Source: a virus (lineage: Duplodnaviria; Caudoviricetes). From it: a stretch of DNA of 60,852 nucleotides. Within the stretch, counting starts at the first letter, position 1. Every line of letters starts with the position of its first letter. Position numbers and translations under genes: made by a program. The stretch lies in the IMG/VR virus record IMGVR_UViG_3300035156_000177, positions 1-60,852 of that record. One strand, 5' to 3'. Shown one piece after another: positions 44,831-55,118 of this stretch. The notes beneath the pieces were generated by a model. It was not told the DNA's origin and ran no database searches. It saw only the letters and a program-made list of their open reading frames with translations.

Positions 44831-46216
44831 ATGCCCAAGAAGGCCCTGAGCCTGTCCGGGGTCTTCGCTGAGATCGGTTACCGACCCCACGCGGTGCAGA
44901 AGCGGATCCATGGCCAGATGGAGCGGTCGCGGTTCCGGGTGGTGTGCGCCGGCCGCCGGACCGGCAAGTCGACCCTCGGTGGGCACGAGCTCGTCCCTCG
45001 TGCCCTGGAGGCGTACCTCAACCGTGCGCAGCTGGAGCCGCACGGCAAGCGCGACGAGTTCTGGATCGTCGGGCCGGAGTACTCCGATGCGGAGAAGGAG
45101 TTCCGCGTGCTGTGGAACGACCTGGAGAAGCTCGAGGTGCCGCTCGACCGGCCGGGCTCGTACAACGACCCGATCTCGGGCAACATGCACATCAGCCTCT
45201 GGGGCGGCCGGTTCCTGGTGCACGCCAAGTCGGCGAAGTACCCGCAGACCCTGGTCGGTGAGGCGCTCAAGGGTGTGATCCTGGCGGAGGCGGCGAAGCT
45301 CAAGCCGTCGGTATGGACCAAGTACATCCGCCCGACGCTGGCCGACTACCGGGGGTCGGCGCTGTTCTCCAGCACGCCGGAGGGCAAAAACTGGTTCTAC
45401 GAGCTGTGGCAGCGGGGCCAGCAGGGCCAGGACGGGTGGTGGTCGATCCGGATGCCCAGCTGGACCAACGACATCCTGTTCCCGGCGGGCCGGTTCGACC
45501 CGGAGATCCGGGCCATGGAGTCGGAGATGACCCGCGAGAAGTTCATGCAGGAGATCGGCGCGGACTTCACCGAGAACGTGGGGGCGGTGTTCAAGGACTT
45601 CGACGAGGAGATCCACGTCACCCACCTGTTCTACGACCCCAAGCTGCCGCTCTACCTGGCTACCGACTACGGCTTCACCAACCCCAACGTCGTGCTGTTC
45701 ATCCAGCTGGACATGTGGGACAACGTCTACGTGATCGGGGAGTACTACCAGCGCCGGCGCACGACCCCGGAGATGATCGCCGACATCGACGCCGACCCCC
45801 GGCTGGGCCCGCTCACCCGGGTCGCCCTGGCGCTCTACCCGGACCCGGAGGCGCCGGGGGATGCGAACCAGCAGTCGAGCGCCTGGAACGTGCCACTGCG
45901 GGGCGGGACGGGCGGTCTGATCCTGGACCGGGTCGACATGATCCGGCGGTGGCTCAAGATCGGGCCGGACTACCTCGAGGAGGGCCACCCGGACCGGGCG
46001 CCGCGGCTCTACTTCGACCACAGCTGCACCAACGCGATCCGTGAGATGCAGGACTATCGATACCCTGAGACGAAGTCCGAGCAGAACGACACCGAGAACC
46101 CCCTCAAGAAGGACGACCACGTCCCGGAGGCGCTCGGTCGGTTCATGGCCGGGCACTACTCCCAGTCGGTCACCAAGCCAGGCACGGCCACCGTGCGCAA
46201 ATCCAGGTCCGCTTAG
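44831..46216 (+). CDS. terminase large subunit
   Basis: PH..Q, CAGRRTGKS, ILAEAA, STPEG.NWFY, QEIGA.F, DYGF.NP, DDH..EAL. Confidence 0.93.
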   Translation: MPKKALSLSGVFAEIGYRPHAVQKRIHGQMERSRFRVVCAGRRTGKSTLGGHELVPRALEAYLNRAQLEPHGKRDEFWIVGPEYSDAEKEFRVLWNDLEKLEVPLDRPGSYNDPISGNMHISLWGGRFLVHAKSAKYPQTLVGEALKGVILAEAAKLKPSVWTKYIRPTLADYRGSALFSSTPEGKNWFYELWQRGQQGQDGWWSIRMPSWTNDILFPAGRFDPEIRAMESEMTREKFMQEIGADFTENVGAVFKDFDEEIHVTHLFYDPKLPLYLATDYGFTNPNVVLFIQLDMWDNVYVIGEYYQRRRTTPEMIADIDADPRLGPLTRVALALYPDPEAPGDANQQSSAWNVPLRGGTGGLILDRVDMIRRWLKIGPDYLEEGHPDRAPRLYFDHSCTNAIREMQDYRYPETKSEQNDTENPLKKDDHVPEALGRFMAGHYSQSVTKPGTATVRKSRSA

Positions 46217-46224
46217 GAGCGCCC

Positions 46225-47799
46225 ATGGTCCTCTACAACACCGCCGCCCCCTTCTTCGGCGCGCCTCCGGACTGGCTCAACGCGACCGACGCGCGGCGGC
46301 TGGCGGCGTATGAGTTCTACAAGGCGCTCTACAAGAACGACAACACGACCTACAAGGTCGACCTGCGCGGCGACGAGGAGAACCCGCTCTACGTCCCGGC
46401 GGCCAAGCGCATCGTCAAGACCATGGCCCGCTACGTGTGCAAGGGGCTCGGCTTCACTCCGGTGATCGACCCGCTGTTCACGGTGGCCGACGACCAGCAG
46501 GCGGCGATGATCACCGCCTACGGCAACCTGTTCAAGCGGGAGGAGTTCTTCGCCAACTTCCGTGACGCGCTGGAGATGGGGATCGCCCAGGGCGACTTCT
46601 GCCTGTACGTGTCCGGGGACGTGGCCAAGCCGGAGGGGTCGAGGATCACCCTGCGGTTCATCGACCCGGGCACCTACTTCCCGATGACGGACCCGATGGA
46701 CGCGCAGCGGGTGGTCGGGCAGCAGATGGTCGAGCGGGTGTTCCTCAACGCGTCGCTGCAGGCCAGGATGCCGGACTCGACGACGGAGTACCTGCGTCGG
46801 CAACGGTGGCTCAAGGTCACCTCGCCGTTGCACCCGGGATACGTCGAGCCTCCGGGGGTGCCGAACTACGAGACGCCGATCCAGTACGAGTCGGTGATCA
46901 TGAACACCCGGGACTGGGAGGATCCGGCCAAGGCCGAGATCGTCCGGGTCGACTTCCCGCTGGCCGAGCTGCCCGGCATCACCCAGCTGCCGATCTACCA
47001 CTTCGTCAACAAGGGCGAGACCGGTGAGCTGATGGGTGTGAGTGAGCTGGAGGGCTTCGAGCGTCTGGTGATGGGCGTCAACCAGGCGATCACCGACGAG
47101 GACGTCGCGCTGGCCATGCAGGGGCTCGGGATGTACGTCACCGACCAGGTCCCGGTGAACGCCGACGGGGAGCGCACGGACTGGGTTCTGGGGCCGCGCC
47201 GGGTGGTGGAGGTGTCGGCGAACGGCACGTTCACCCGGGTCGGCGGGGTCGAGAAGATCACGGCCTACCAGGACCACATCGGCTACCTGCAGGACCAGGC
47301 CGAGAGCACGGCGGGGATCTCCGATGTGGCGCTGGGCCAGGTCGACACCTCGGTCGCCGACTCCGGGATCGCGCTGGCGCTGCGGTTCGGCCCGCTGCTC
47401 GACGAGGCCGAGCGGAAGGACGACCGGGTGATCCCCAAGCTCAACCAGTTCTCCTACGACCTGCGGCAGTGGTTCGCGGTCTACGAGGGAACGCAGTTCC
47501 CCGACGGGCTGACCATCGAGTTCGAGGCCGGCGACAAGCTGCCCCAGGACCGTGACAAGTTGCTGGCCACCTACCAGGACCTGTTCGTCAACGGGGTCCT
47601 GACGATGCGGCTCTACATCGAGAAGCTCAACGAGCTCGGCTTCAACCTGGGCGACCCGGCCAAGCTGATCGCCGAGCAGGAGGCGGATGCGCAGAAGTCG
47701 CTGGAGCGTCAGCAGGCGATGATGGCCGCCGACCCGACCGCGGAGGACGGCAACCGGCTGGACGCCGAGGCGGAGGCACCTGACGACGCGGAGGTCTGA
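46225..47799 (+). CDS. portal protein
   Basis: follows terminase; GVSEL, SG.AL.L.F.PL; size. Confidence 0.9.
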   Translation: MVLYNTAAPFFGAPPDWLNATDARRLAAYEFYKALYKNDNTTYKVDLRGDEENPLYVPAAKRIVKTMARYVCKGLGFTPVIDPLFTVADDQQAAMITAYGNLFKREEFFANFRDALEMGIAQGDFCLYVSGDVAKPEGSRITLRFIDPGTYFPMTDPMDAQRVVGQQMVERVFLNASLQARMPDSTTEYLRRQRWLKVTSPLHPGYVEPPGVPNYETPIQYESVIMNTRDWEDPAKAEIVRVDFPLAELPGITQLPIYHFVNKGETGELMGVSELEGFERLVMGVNQAITDEDVALAMQGLGMYVTDQVPVNADGERTDWVLGPRRVVEVSANGTFTRVGGVEKITAYQDHIGYLQDQAESTAGISDVALGQVDTSVADSGIALALRFGPLLDEAERKDDRVIPKLNQFSYDLRQWFAVYEGTQFPDGLTIEFEAGDKLPQDRDKLLATYQDLFVNGVLTMRLYIEKLNELGFNLGDPAKLIAEQEADAQKSLERQQAMMAADPTAEDGNRLDAEAEAPDDAEV

Positions 47800-47801
47800 C
47801 C

Positions 47802-49742
47802 GTGGACTGGAACCGCTACATCGTCAACAAGCTCTTCATCGCCATCCCCGAGCTCGGCACCAACCAGCCGTTCCTCAAGCGGCTCGTCTCGGAGGGGATC
47901 ATCCCGGAGGGGATGGTCGACTTCTACCGGGCAGTCGCCGCGCTGCACCCGGGGGTCAAGGCGCCGAAGGGTCAGCCGCTGCTGCGGCGGATCCTGATGA
48001 TCGCCCCCGAGCTGCTGAGTGTGCGGCTGATGGAGGCGCTCAAGGCGATGCGGCTGGTGTCGACCAAGGACGCCCACATCCTGACGGTGCTGCTCAAGTC
48101 GTCGTCGCGGCTGGTGCCGGGCACGTTGTCGAACGAGACCATCTGGTCGCGGATGGCCATGGTCTTCGACGACGTGTTCTCCCCGGAGATGGTGTCCTAC
48201 ATCCGGGCGCTCGACAACGAGGAGATCGCTGCGCTGCGGCAGTTCCTGCTGGCGGGCAGGACCCGGTTGGGGTCGGGGGAGGCGGAGGTGATCCGGACCC
48301 TGCTGGCGCAGTCGGTGGCCCGGGCCCAGATCCTGAGGTCGATCATCTCGACCGGCCGGGGGATCCGGGCGAGCCTGGCGCAGTCGCGCGAGCTCGACGA
48401 CGTGTGGGACGTGATGACGCTGGCGTTCGACAACCTGTTCTCGGAGAAGCTGCTGCGCAACCTGGTGCGGGCGGGGGTGATCTCCCCGGAGCGCTACGCC
48501 CTGGCCCGGTCGCTGCAGGAGTTGGGGGCGGGAGTGTGGCGCAAGGCGAACCTGGCGCACACCTACCCGGGCTGGGCGGCCCGGTCGCTACTGCTGTCCG
48601 AGGGCATCCTGTCCCCGGAGACGATCAAGGTGCTGCAGGCCCTCAACCTGATCACCCCGGCCCACGCCCGGCTGCTCTACCCGGTGGCGCAGCTGGTCCG
48701 CGGGGTGACCCGGACCGCCGGCGCCCAGTGGCGGAAGTCGCAGCGCTACCGGATCGTCCCCGGTGAGAAGCCGATCAAGACGTTCGCCCGGATGACGCAG
48801 CAGACCGACAAGGCGATCCTCAAGCTGCTGGCCGACGCCGCGCGTGACGCGTCCAGGGAGGCGGAGCGGCTGGCGTCGGCCAAGGGCTTCGCTAAGCTCA
48901 CCCGGTCGGCTCAGCAGCGCACGGTGGCGCGCGCGGTGCACACCTCGATGCGGGACATGTTCGAGCACGTGGGCTCGATGATCATCTTCGGGGAGAAGCA
49001 GGCGGCGCAGGCGGCGCTCGAGGCGTTCACCTTCCTCAACCAGCCCTACGGGGCGAGCGGGCGCGACCTGCAGCGGATGCTGCGCTACACCGCCCAGTCG
49101 GGCATCGACTCCTACATCAGCCGGGAGGAGAACCTGGTGCCGCTGGCGCGCCGGGTCTACCGCAACCAGGCGGTGCTGCGGGGGCAGGTGGACCGGGAGA
49201 TCGCCAAGGGGCTGATCCGGGGGCTGACGTCGCAGGAGCTGGCGCAGAGCGTGCTGAGGTTCATCGACCCGGGCACGCCGGGCGGGGCGTCGTATGCGGC
49301 GATGCGGCTGGCCCGGACCGAGATCAACAACGCGTTCCATTTCACCCAGATCCGCTACACCCGGGAGATGCCGTGGGTGGAGGGGTACAAGTGGAACCTG
49401 TCCGGGTCGCACGGCCGGCCCGACGTCTGCAACCAGATGGCCGAGCACTCCGAGGGGCTCGGGCGAGGGGTCTACGGGAAGGGCGGGGTGCCGGGGAAGC
49501 CGCACCCGATGTGTCTGTGCTTCATCACCACCGAGACCGTCGACAACGCCACGTTCTACAAGCGCTACCGGTCCGGGGCCTACGACCGCTACACCGACTC
49601 GGTCCAGAAGGGCGGGATCTTCGAGGAGGACACCTACACCTCGACCCGCAACGCCGACGTCGCCCGGTCGGCGGCTAAGAGCGTTCTGCTCAACCTGCTG
49701 GTCGAGGTCTCACGCATCGCCGGGTCTCAACTCTTACGTTAG
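47802..49742 (+). CDS. MuF-like head morphogenesis protein with long N-terminal extension
   Basis: RLARTEINNA, KW.LS..H...D.C, G.GVY, PHP.C.C. Confidence 0.8.
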   Translation: MDWNRYIVNKLFIAIPELGTNQPFLKRLVSEGIIPEGMVDFYRAVAALHPGVKAPKGQPLLRRILMIAPELLSVRLMEALKAMRLVSTKDAHILTVLLKSSSRLVPGTLSNETIWSRMAMVFDDVFSPEMVSYIRALDNEEIAALRQFLLAGRTRLGSGEAEVIRTLLAQSVARAQILRSIISTGRGIRASLAQSRELDDVWDVMTLAFDNLFSEKLLRNLVRAGVISPERYALARSLQELGAGVWRKANLAHTYPGWAARSLLLSEGILSPETIKVLQALNLITPAHARLLYPVAQLVRGVTRTAGAQWRKSQRYRIVPGEKPIKTFARMTQQTDKAILKLLADAARDASREAERLASAKGFAKLTRSAQQRTVARAVHTSMRDMFEHVGSMIIFGEKQAAQAALEAFTFLNQPYGASGRDLQRMLRYTAQSGIDSYISREENLVPLARRVYRNQAVLRGQVDREIAKGLIRGLTSQELAQSVLRFIDPGTPGGASYAAMRLARTEINNAFHFTQIRYTREMPWVEGYKWNLSGSHGRPDVCNQMAEHSEGLGRGVYGKGGVPGKPHPMCLCFITTETVDNATFYKRYRSGAYDRYTDSVQKGGIFEEDTYTSTRNADVARSAAKSVLLNLLVEVSRIAGSQLLR

Positions 49743-49776
49743 GGTTCAGGTACTATTTCCGTGCCAGGAGGTTTTT

Positions 49777-50460
49777 GTGCAGAGCACCCCGAGGTTGCGC
49801 CTCGAACTCCCGACCTGGAGGAACTTCACCGTCTGCGGCGCCAGCGCCGGGGCACCGGAGACTCCGCCAGCCGGACAAGAAAGCGGTAGTGCCGCAGCAG
49901 GAAGCGGAACCGGTAGCGCCGGGGCCGATGAGGAGATCAAGGATCCGAAGGCAAAGATCCTGTCTCTGACAGAGGAGAAGGACCGTCACTGGGCTCGCGC
50001 GCAGGAGGCGGAGAGGAAGCTGAATGAACGGCTTGCGGCCGACGCTGAGGCAGAACGGAAGGCTCTGAGTGAGGCCGAGAGGACCAAAAAGGACCTCGAG
50101 ACAGCACAAGGTCAATCCGCGAAGCTGATCGAGACCAATCGCCGGCTTTCTCTCCACAACGCTTTCCTGCTCGAGAACGACGTCATGTGGCACAACCCAG
50201 CGCACGCTCTCTCGCTGGCTGATCTCTCCGCTGTTGAGACCGAGGACGACGGGACCATCAAAAACCCCGACGCCCTCAAGTCGGCGATCAAGGACCTGGC
50301 CAAGCACAACGCTTACCTGGTCAAGACCGCCGATGCCCCGCCTGCGGGCAAGGCTCCGCCGCCCTCGTCCGGCAGCGCCCCTCAGGGGACGCCACCGCCG
50401 ACGAACGGTCTGGACGCCGAAACCCTCAAGCGGAAGTTTCCGGCACTGCGCGCGCACTAG
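49777..50460 (+). CDS. capsid scaffolding protein
   Basis: AGGAGG RBS plus GTG; coiled coil LSEAER; YLVK; C-terminal KFPAL. Confidence 0.85.
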   Translation: MQSTPRLRLELPTWRNFTVCGASAGAPETPPAGQESGSAAAGSGTGSAGADEEIKDPKAKILSLTEEKDRHWARAQEAERKLNERLAADAEAERKALSEAERTKKDLETAQGQSAKLIETNRRLSLHNAFLLENDVMWHNPAHALSLADLSAVETEDDGTIKNPDALKSAIKDLAKHNAYLVKTADAPPAGKAPPPSSGSAPQGTPPPTNGLDAETLKRKFPALRAH

Positions 50461-50490
50461 CGCGACAGAGACAACTAGGGAGTTCCGAGC

Positions 50491-50850
50491 ATGGCTCGAG
50501 TGGACAAGACTGAGTCCGCCATCGGTGTCACTCGCGGAACCCTGCTGGCAGATATCGCCCAGGCCGACTGGGGCAAGATCATCGGCGTGGGCATCAACGC
50601 GGCAGGGCTCACCGTGAGGGGCGCCGGGCAGACCGGCATCGTCGGAGTGTGCATCTTCGACAAGACCAACTACAAGGCGGGCACCCGCTGCGACATCTTC
50701 GGGAACGGCTCCGAGATCGTCGAGGCCGCGGGCCTGGCCCCCGGCACCGTTTACTACGCCGCCGCAGCTGACGGCGTCATCTCCACGACCAACACCGGCG
50801 TCCGCGTCGGCTGGACCGTCGAGGCCGACCGACTGGTGGTGACCCTGTGA
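50491..50850 (+). CDS. head decoration or cementing protein
   Basis: between scaffold and MCP; G..YY....G.I......VG..VE..RLVV. Confidence 0.7.
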   Translation: MARVDKTESAIGVTRGTLLADIAQADWGKIIGVGINAAGLTVRGAGQTGIVGVCIFDKTNYKAGTRCDIFGNGSEIVEAAGLAPGTVYYAAAADGVISTTNTGVRVGWTVEADRLVVTL

Positions 50851-51992
50851 GGACCATGGCCTCCGACCTGATCGGTCGCAACTTCACCATCCGAGGCAAC
50901 GCGCCGTCCGGCTACAACGCCGCAGCCGACCTCATCACCCAGACGGTCGACGGGTTCGACCTCAACACCATCTGGAACGAGTTCTCAGCGTCGGTGGCGC
51001 TGCAGAATGCGCAGCGCTCGGCGATCGTCGACCTGCTGACCTTCCCCGTCACCGACCTGATCGAGCGCGTGGCGCAGATCTCGTCCGGTGCCTTCGAGGA
51101 GGCCAGCGAGTACGGCGAGCCCCGTGGTCTGCGGCCCACCGGTTCGTACTTCAACCTGGGCTACGACTTCAAGTGGTACGACCTGGCGGCCCGCTTCACC
51201 TGGAAGTTCCTGGCCGACGCGCCGGTCTCCCAGGTCGAGGCGATCAACCAGATGGCGCTCGAGGCTGACAACCAGCTGGTGTTCTCGAAGGTCATGAACG
51301 CGATCTTCGACAACCGCAACCGCGAGGCCAACATCAACGACCAGCTCGTGCCGGTCTACCCGCTCTACAACGGCGACGGCACGGTACCGCCGAAGTACAA
51401 GAGCAACACGTTCACCGGCTCCGAGACCCACTACCTCGTCAGCGGGGCGGCCACGGTCGACGGTGGGGACCTGGACCAGATGTACGAGAAGATGCGGTCC
51501 AAGGGCTACTCGATGGAGAACGGGGTCCGGCACATCCTGCTGGTCAACCACCGCGAGGGCATGACGATCCGGGGCTTCCGGGTGGCGACGGGGTCGACGT
51601 ATGACTTCATCCCTGCCGCGGGCACGCCGGCGCAGTACATGCCGATCGACGTCACCCTGTTCGGTGGCGCGCAGCCCGCGGGCACCTACCAGGGGCTCAC
51701 CGCGATCGGGTCCTACGGCCCGTTCCTGGTGGTCGAGGACGACCTGTTCCCGCCGACCTACATGGTCGCCGTGGGCACGGGCGGCCGGGCCAACCTGAAC
51801 AACCCGGTCGGCATCCGCGAGCACTCCAACCCCCAGCTGCGCGGCCTGCGGCTGGTCAAGGGTGCGACCCCGGACTACCCGCTGATCGACTCGTTCTACC
51901 AGCGCGCGTTCGGCACCGGCATCCGGCAGCGCGGCGGTGCTGTGGTGATGCAGGTCAAGGCGTCCGGGACTTACGACATCCCGGTCATCTGA
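50847..51992 (+). CDS. major capsid protein (start 50847 or ATG 50856)
   Basis: size and synteny; T.DG.DLN.IW.EF, FEEASEYG.P, YPLIDSFY.R.FG.G.R.RG. Confidence 0.88.
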   Translation: MRTMASDLIGRNFTIRGNAPSGYNAAADLITQTVDGFDLNTIWNEFSASVALQNAQRSAIVDLLTFPVTDLIERVAQISSGAFEEASEYGEPRGLRPTGSYFNLGYDFKWYDLAARFTWKFLADAPVSQVEAINQMALEADNQLVFSKVMNAIFDNRNREANINDQLVPVYPLYNGDGTVPPKYKSNTFTGSETHYLVSGAATVDGGDLDQMYEKMRSKGYSMENGVRHILLVNHREGMTIRGFRVATGSTYDFIPAAGTPAQYMPIDVTLFGGAQPAGTYQGLTAIGSYGPFLVVEDDLFPPTYMVAVGTGGRANLNNPVGIREHSNPQLRGLRLVKGATPDYPLIDSFYQRAFGTGIRQRGGAVVMQVKASGTYDIPVI

Positions 51993-52002
51993 CCCTCTGA
52001 TC

Positions 52003-52062
52003 CTGTGGCAGGGGTCGCGTATTCGTCGACTGGCCTCGACCTGGGAACGGCCCCTGTCACAG
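52003..52062 (+). terminator. stem-loop after the MCP gene
   Basis: CTGTGGCAGGGGTCG pairs with CGGCCCCTGTCACAG (15 bp, two G-U). Confidence 0.6.
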
Positions 52063-52083
52063 CCCCACCCCGAAAGGAACCGC

Positions 52084-52509
52084 ATGTCCCGCAAGATTGA
52101 TCTGGACAGTGACCTGTCCGCCGACGACGCGCTCTACCTGCAAGACCGGCCCGACCTCATCAACGAGGCGAAGCTGCAGGGTGCGTCCGACATCGAGGAG
52201 CGCATCGCCTCCGCCCTGGAACCTGACCCTGTACCTGAGGTTCAGACTTCGGACGACGACGTCGCCACCTTCACCAACTACGAGGGCCTCGGACTGGCCG
52301 ACCTGCGCAAGCTGGCCGCCTCCCGCGGACTCTCCGACTCCGGAGCCAAGAAGGTCATCACCGACCGACTCCGGGCGGCCGACGTCTCCACCGGCGTCAC
52401 CGCGACCGTCTCCCGCGAGGCTGAGGGCGCCGTGGGCGCCACGGCACCGCCCGAGGCACCTGAGGACTCGGCGGGCACCACGCCCGTTGATCAGGACGGC
52501 AGCGCCTAG
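52084..52509 (+). CDS. SAP-like domain protein
   Basis: ADLRKLA..RGLS.SG.K...I.DRL..AD. Confidence 0.7.
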   Translation: MSRKIDLDSDLSADDALYLQDRPDLINEAKLQGASDIEERIASALEPDPVPEVQTSDDDVATFTNYEGLGLADLRKLAASRGLSDSGAKKVITDRLRAADVSTGVTATVSREAEGAVGATAPPEAPEDSAGTTPVDQDGSA

Positions 52510-52511
52510 TC

Positions 52512-52817
52512 ATGGCGAACGTCGACGAGTTGCAAGAGCTGCGTGAGCTGGGCCCGGATGCGAGCCTGGACGACGCAACTCTCAGCGCGCTCGTCGACCA
52601 GCTGGGTGTCTCCGGTGCTCTGGCCCATCTGTGGGCGCGCAGGGCATCGGAGACGGCCAGCCTCGTCGACGTCACCGAGTCGGGGTCCTCCCGCAAGCTG
52701 TCGGGAATCCACAGCCAGGCCCTCGGTCTGGCCGCACGGTACAAGGCGCTGGCCGACGAGGAGGCCGCGGTGTCCACCCCGACCAACATCGCCCGGACGG
52801 GACTGATCACCCGATGA
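52512..52817 (+). CDS. head-tail adaptor
   Basis: LVDVTESGSSRKLS; synteny. Confidence 0.75.
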   Translation: MANVDELQELRELGPDASLDDATLSALVDQLGVSGALAHLWARRASETASLVDVTESGSSRKLSGIHSQALGLAARYKALADEEAAVSTPTNIARTGLITR

Positions 52818-53206
52818 TCAGCACGGCCGAGCGCGCGGTCCAGGAGCAGGCCACCCGGGACTTCATCGCGGCCGACCCCGAACAACTGGAGATCTGGCGG
52901 ACCAGCCCGACCGTGTCCGACGGGGCCGGCGGCAAGGTGGAGGGCACCGCGTTCGTGGTCGCCCCCGACCAGGTGTGCCGTCTGCTCCCCCAGTCCCGCA
53001 ACAGCACCCAGGTCACCAGTCAGACGGCCGCCGGCAATCTGGACAGCCCCCGGTTCGTGGTGATGACCACTAGCGAGTTCGCGTTCGAGCACGGCGACTT
53101 CTTCATCTGGAAGGGCTTCGAGTGGCTGGTCGACTCCGTGCACGAGGTCCCCGAGTACGAGTCGAAGGCCGACGTCCACCGCGGCAGGAAGGTGACCGAT
53201 GGCTAA
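52814..53206 (+). CDS. head-tail stopper
   Basis: FI.ADP, DG.GG, GD.F.W.G..W.V; synteny. Confidence 0.7.
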   Translation: MISTAERAVQEQATRDFIAADPEQLEIWRTSPTVSDGAGGKVEGTAFVVAPDQVCRLLPQSRNSTQVTSQTAAGNLDSPRFVVMTTSEFAFEHGDFFIWKGFEWLVDSVHEVPEYESKADVHRGRKVTDG

Positions 53207-53594
53207 GGGCGACTTCGCGCTCAGCGTCGGTGGCGAGTTCTGCAAGATCGTCTGGAACTCCGAGGCCCGCAACCTGGGCCGCAAGCTGGCGAACGGGCCC
53301 AAGATGGTCCACGACGCTTCGGTCCTGATCGCCCACCGGATGGCGCCCCAGGTGGCGAATCACATGAAGACGAACGCGCCCTGGACCGACCGGACCGGCA
53401 ACGCCCGCAACGGGCTCGCCGCGCAGCCCTACGACGAGGGCGACGCCGTCGGCATCGTGCTCTACCACCAGGTGTCCTACGGGATCTGGCTCGAGGTGCG
53501 CTGGGGTGGGCGGTACGCCATCATCAACCCCACGATCGACGTGATGGGGCCGCGGGTGATGAGCCAGTACAACAACCTCCTGGCGCGACTGTGA
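53199..53594 (+). CDS. HK97 gp10-like neck protein
   Basis: NAPWTDRTGNARNGL, H.V.YGIWLE, GRYAII.PT. Confidence 0.85.
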   Translation: MAKGDFALSVGGEFCKIVWNSEARNLGRKLANGPKMVHDASVLIAHRMAPQVANHMKTNAPWTDRTGNARNGLAAQPYDEGDAVGIVLYHQVSYGIWLEVRWGGRYAIINPTIDVMGPRVMSQYNNLLARL

Positions 53595-53980
53595 GGCGCC
53601 TCGTGCAGCAGCTGCTGGAGTCGGCGTCGCCCGACCTGGTGCCCCCTGACCGGATCCTGCAGGGGTCCTCGGTCGAGGAGGCCCCGCCCGACTTCCCGTT
53701 CATCATCCACAAGTACTCGATCGGCAACCGGTCGGTGTCCGGCCGGGGGCGTCCGGGGCTCGAGGTGTGGGTCTACGACCGGCCCGGGTCGTACCTGCGG
53801 ATCGACAAGATTCTCCGCGACGTCCGCTACCGGTTCGCGGGCTACCCGTTCACCACTTCGGACGGGGAGGAGCACATCGCGGTGGTTGACTGGACCAACG
53901 ACTCAGCAGACCTCCCCGCCGAAGAGTTCCACGGAATCACGCGCATGAGCGCGTTCAACCTAGTAGGGAGATCAGCATGA
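53591..53980 (+). CDS. tail terminator
   Basis: PFII, VWVYD...SY.RID.IL; synteny. Confidence 0.75.
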   Translation: MRRLVQQLLESASPDLVPPDRILQGSSVEEAPPDFPFIIHKYSIGNRSVSGRGRPGLEVWVYDRPGSYLRIDKILRDVRYRFAGYPFTTSDGEEHIAVVDWTNDSADLPAEEFHGITRMSAFNLVGRSA

Positions 53981-54336
53981 GTCACCAGATCAAGTACCTG
54001 GGCCCGACCCAGCACACCCGCCAGATCAGCAGGGCCGACGCCAAGACCGCCGGCTTCGTGCTGGCCGAGGACCTGGAGTGGAGCCTGGCCAACCGGCACA
54101 GCCTGATCCTGGACGACCTCGACGAGACCGCGCTGGAGTACTTCGCCGGCGACCCCGACTTTCGGGTCAAGGAGGTCGCCAGCGAGGACGAGGCCGAGGT
54201 GAGGCTGACTAAGAAGGAGGCGGCTGACGCCGAGGTCGCAGCGTCCAGCGCCGGGGGTGCGTCCGGGGGCGGCGCGGCTGCCGGGACCACCCGGGGCGGC
54301 CGTACGACCACCTCGACCACCACGGCGACCACGTAA
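53977..54336 (+). CDS. hypothetical tail-region protein
   Basis: ATGA-coupled; Y.G...R.I...D. Confidence 0.65.
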   Translation: MSHQIKYLGPTQHTRQISRADAKTAGFVLAEDLEWSLANRHSLILDDLDETALEYFAGDPDFRVKEVASEDEAEVRLTKKEAADAEVAASSAGGASGGGAAAGTTRGGRTTTSTTTATT

Positions 54337-54344
54337 CATCAGCC

Positions 54345-54542
54345 GTGGCAGTAGAACTCCGATGCGACAGCTCGATCCTGTTCGGCATCCTCGACGACTG
54401 CGTCCTCGAGGTGAAGTGCAGGTCGGACCGTTGCGCGGACCGCGTACGAGGAGTGGTAGTCATTCACCGCTTCGACATGCGCAGTGGGGACCTCTTGGCA
54501 ACGAGCAAGTTCAGAGACCCCGCTATCAGGAAAGGTAGGTAG
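54345..54542 (+). CDS. small Zn-finger-like protein
   Basis: ELRC...EVKC.S..C...VVIHRFD. Confidence 0.65.
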   Translation: MAVELRCDSSILFGILDDCVLEVKCRSDRCADRVRGVVVIHRFDMRSGDLLATSKFRDPAIRKGR

Positions 54543-54545
54543 GAG

Positions 54546-55088
54546 ATGCCTCTCTCCGAGTCACTCCCCTACGGCATCCGAGACATCAAGCTCACGCCGG
54601 TCACCGCGGCCGGCGTCCTCGGAACGTCCGTAGACCTCCCCAACGCTCGCACGCTCTCCTTCGAGGAGGGCGAGGAGTTCGAGGAGCTCCGCGGTGACGA
54701 CAAGGTAGTCGCCACCCGTGGATCAGGCCCAGCTGTGTCCTGGGAGCTGGAGTCTGGGGGCATCAGCCTCGAGGCTCTGGTCGTGCTCAACGGCGGGACG
54801 TGCACCGTGTCCGGTGTGACGCCGTCGCAGAAGAAGGTCTACAAGAAGTTGGCGTCTGACGCTCGACCGGAGTTCAAGGTCGAGGGCCAGGCGATGAGCG
54901 AGTCGGGTGGAGACTTCCACACGATTCTCTGGCGTTGCAAGTCGACCGAGGAGATCTCGGGCGAGTTCAGCGACGGCGGCTTCTTCCTGACCGCGGCGTC
55001 CGGGTCGGCCCTGCCGTCCAAGACGACCGGCAGCATCGACGAGCTCTACCAGTTCGTCCACAACGAGACAGCAGCTGCGATCGTCTGA
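54546..55088 (+). CDS. major tail protein
   Basis: LPYG.RD.K..P, ELRGDD, GGISLEA; synteny. Confidence 0.85.
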   Translation: MPLSESLPYGIRDIKLTPVTAAGVLGTSVDLPNARTLSFEEGEEFEELRGDDKVVATRGSGPAVSWELESGGISLEALVVLNGGTCTVSGVTPSQKKVYKKLASDARPEFKVEGQAMSESGGDFHTILWRCKSTEEISGEFSDGGFFLTAASGSALPSKTTGSIDELYQFVHNETAAAIV

Positions 55089-55118
55089 TCAGCTGCCCAA
55101 CCAGATCGGAGCACACGG

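Noticed and set aside
45270-45300. Inactive terminase because Walker B reads ILAEAA
   Set aside because: The catalytic Glu and all other motifs are intact; more likely a family variant.
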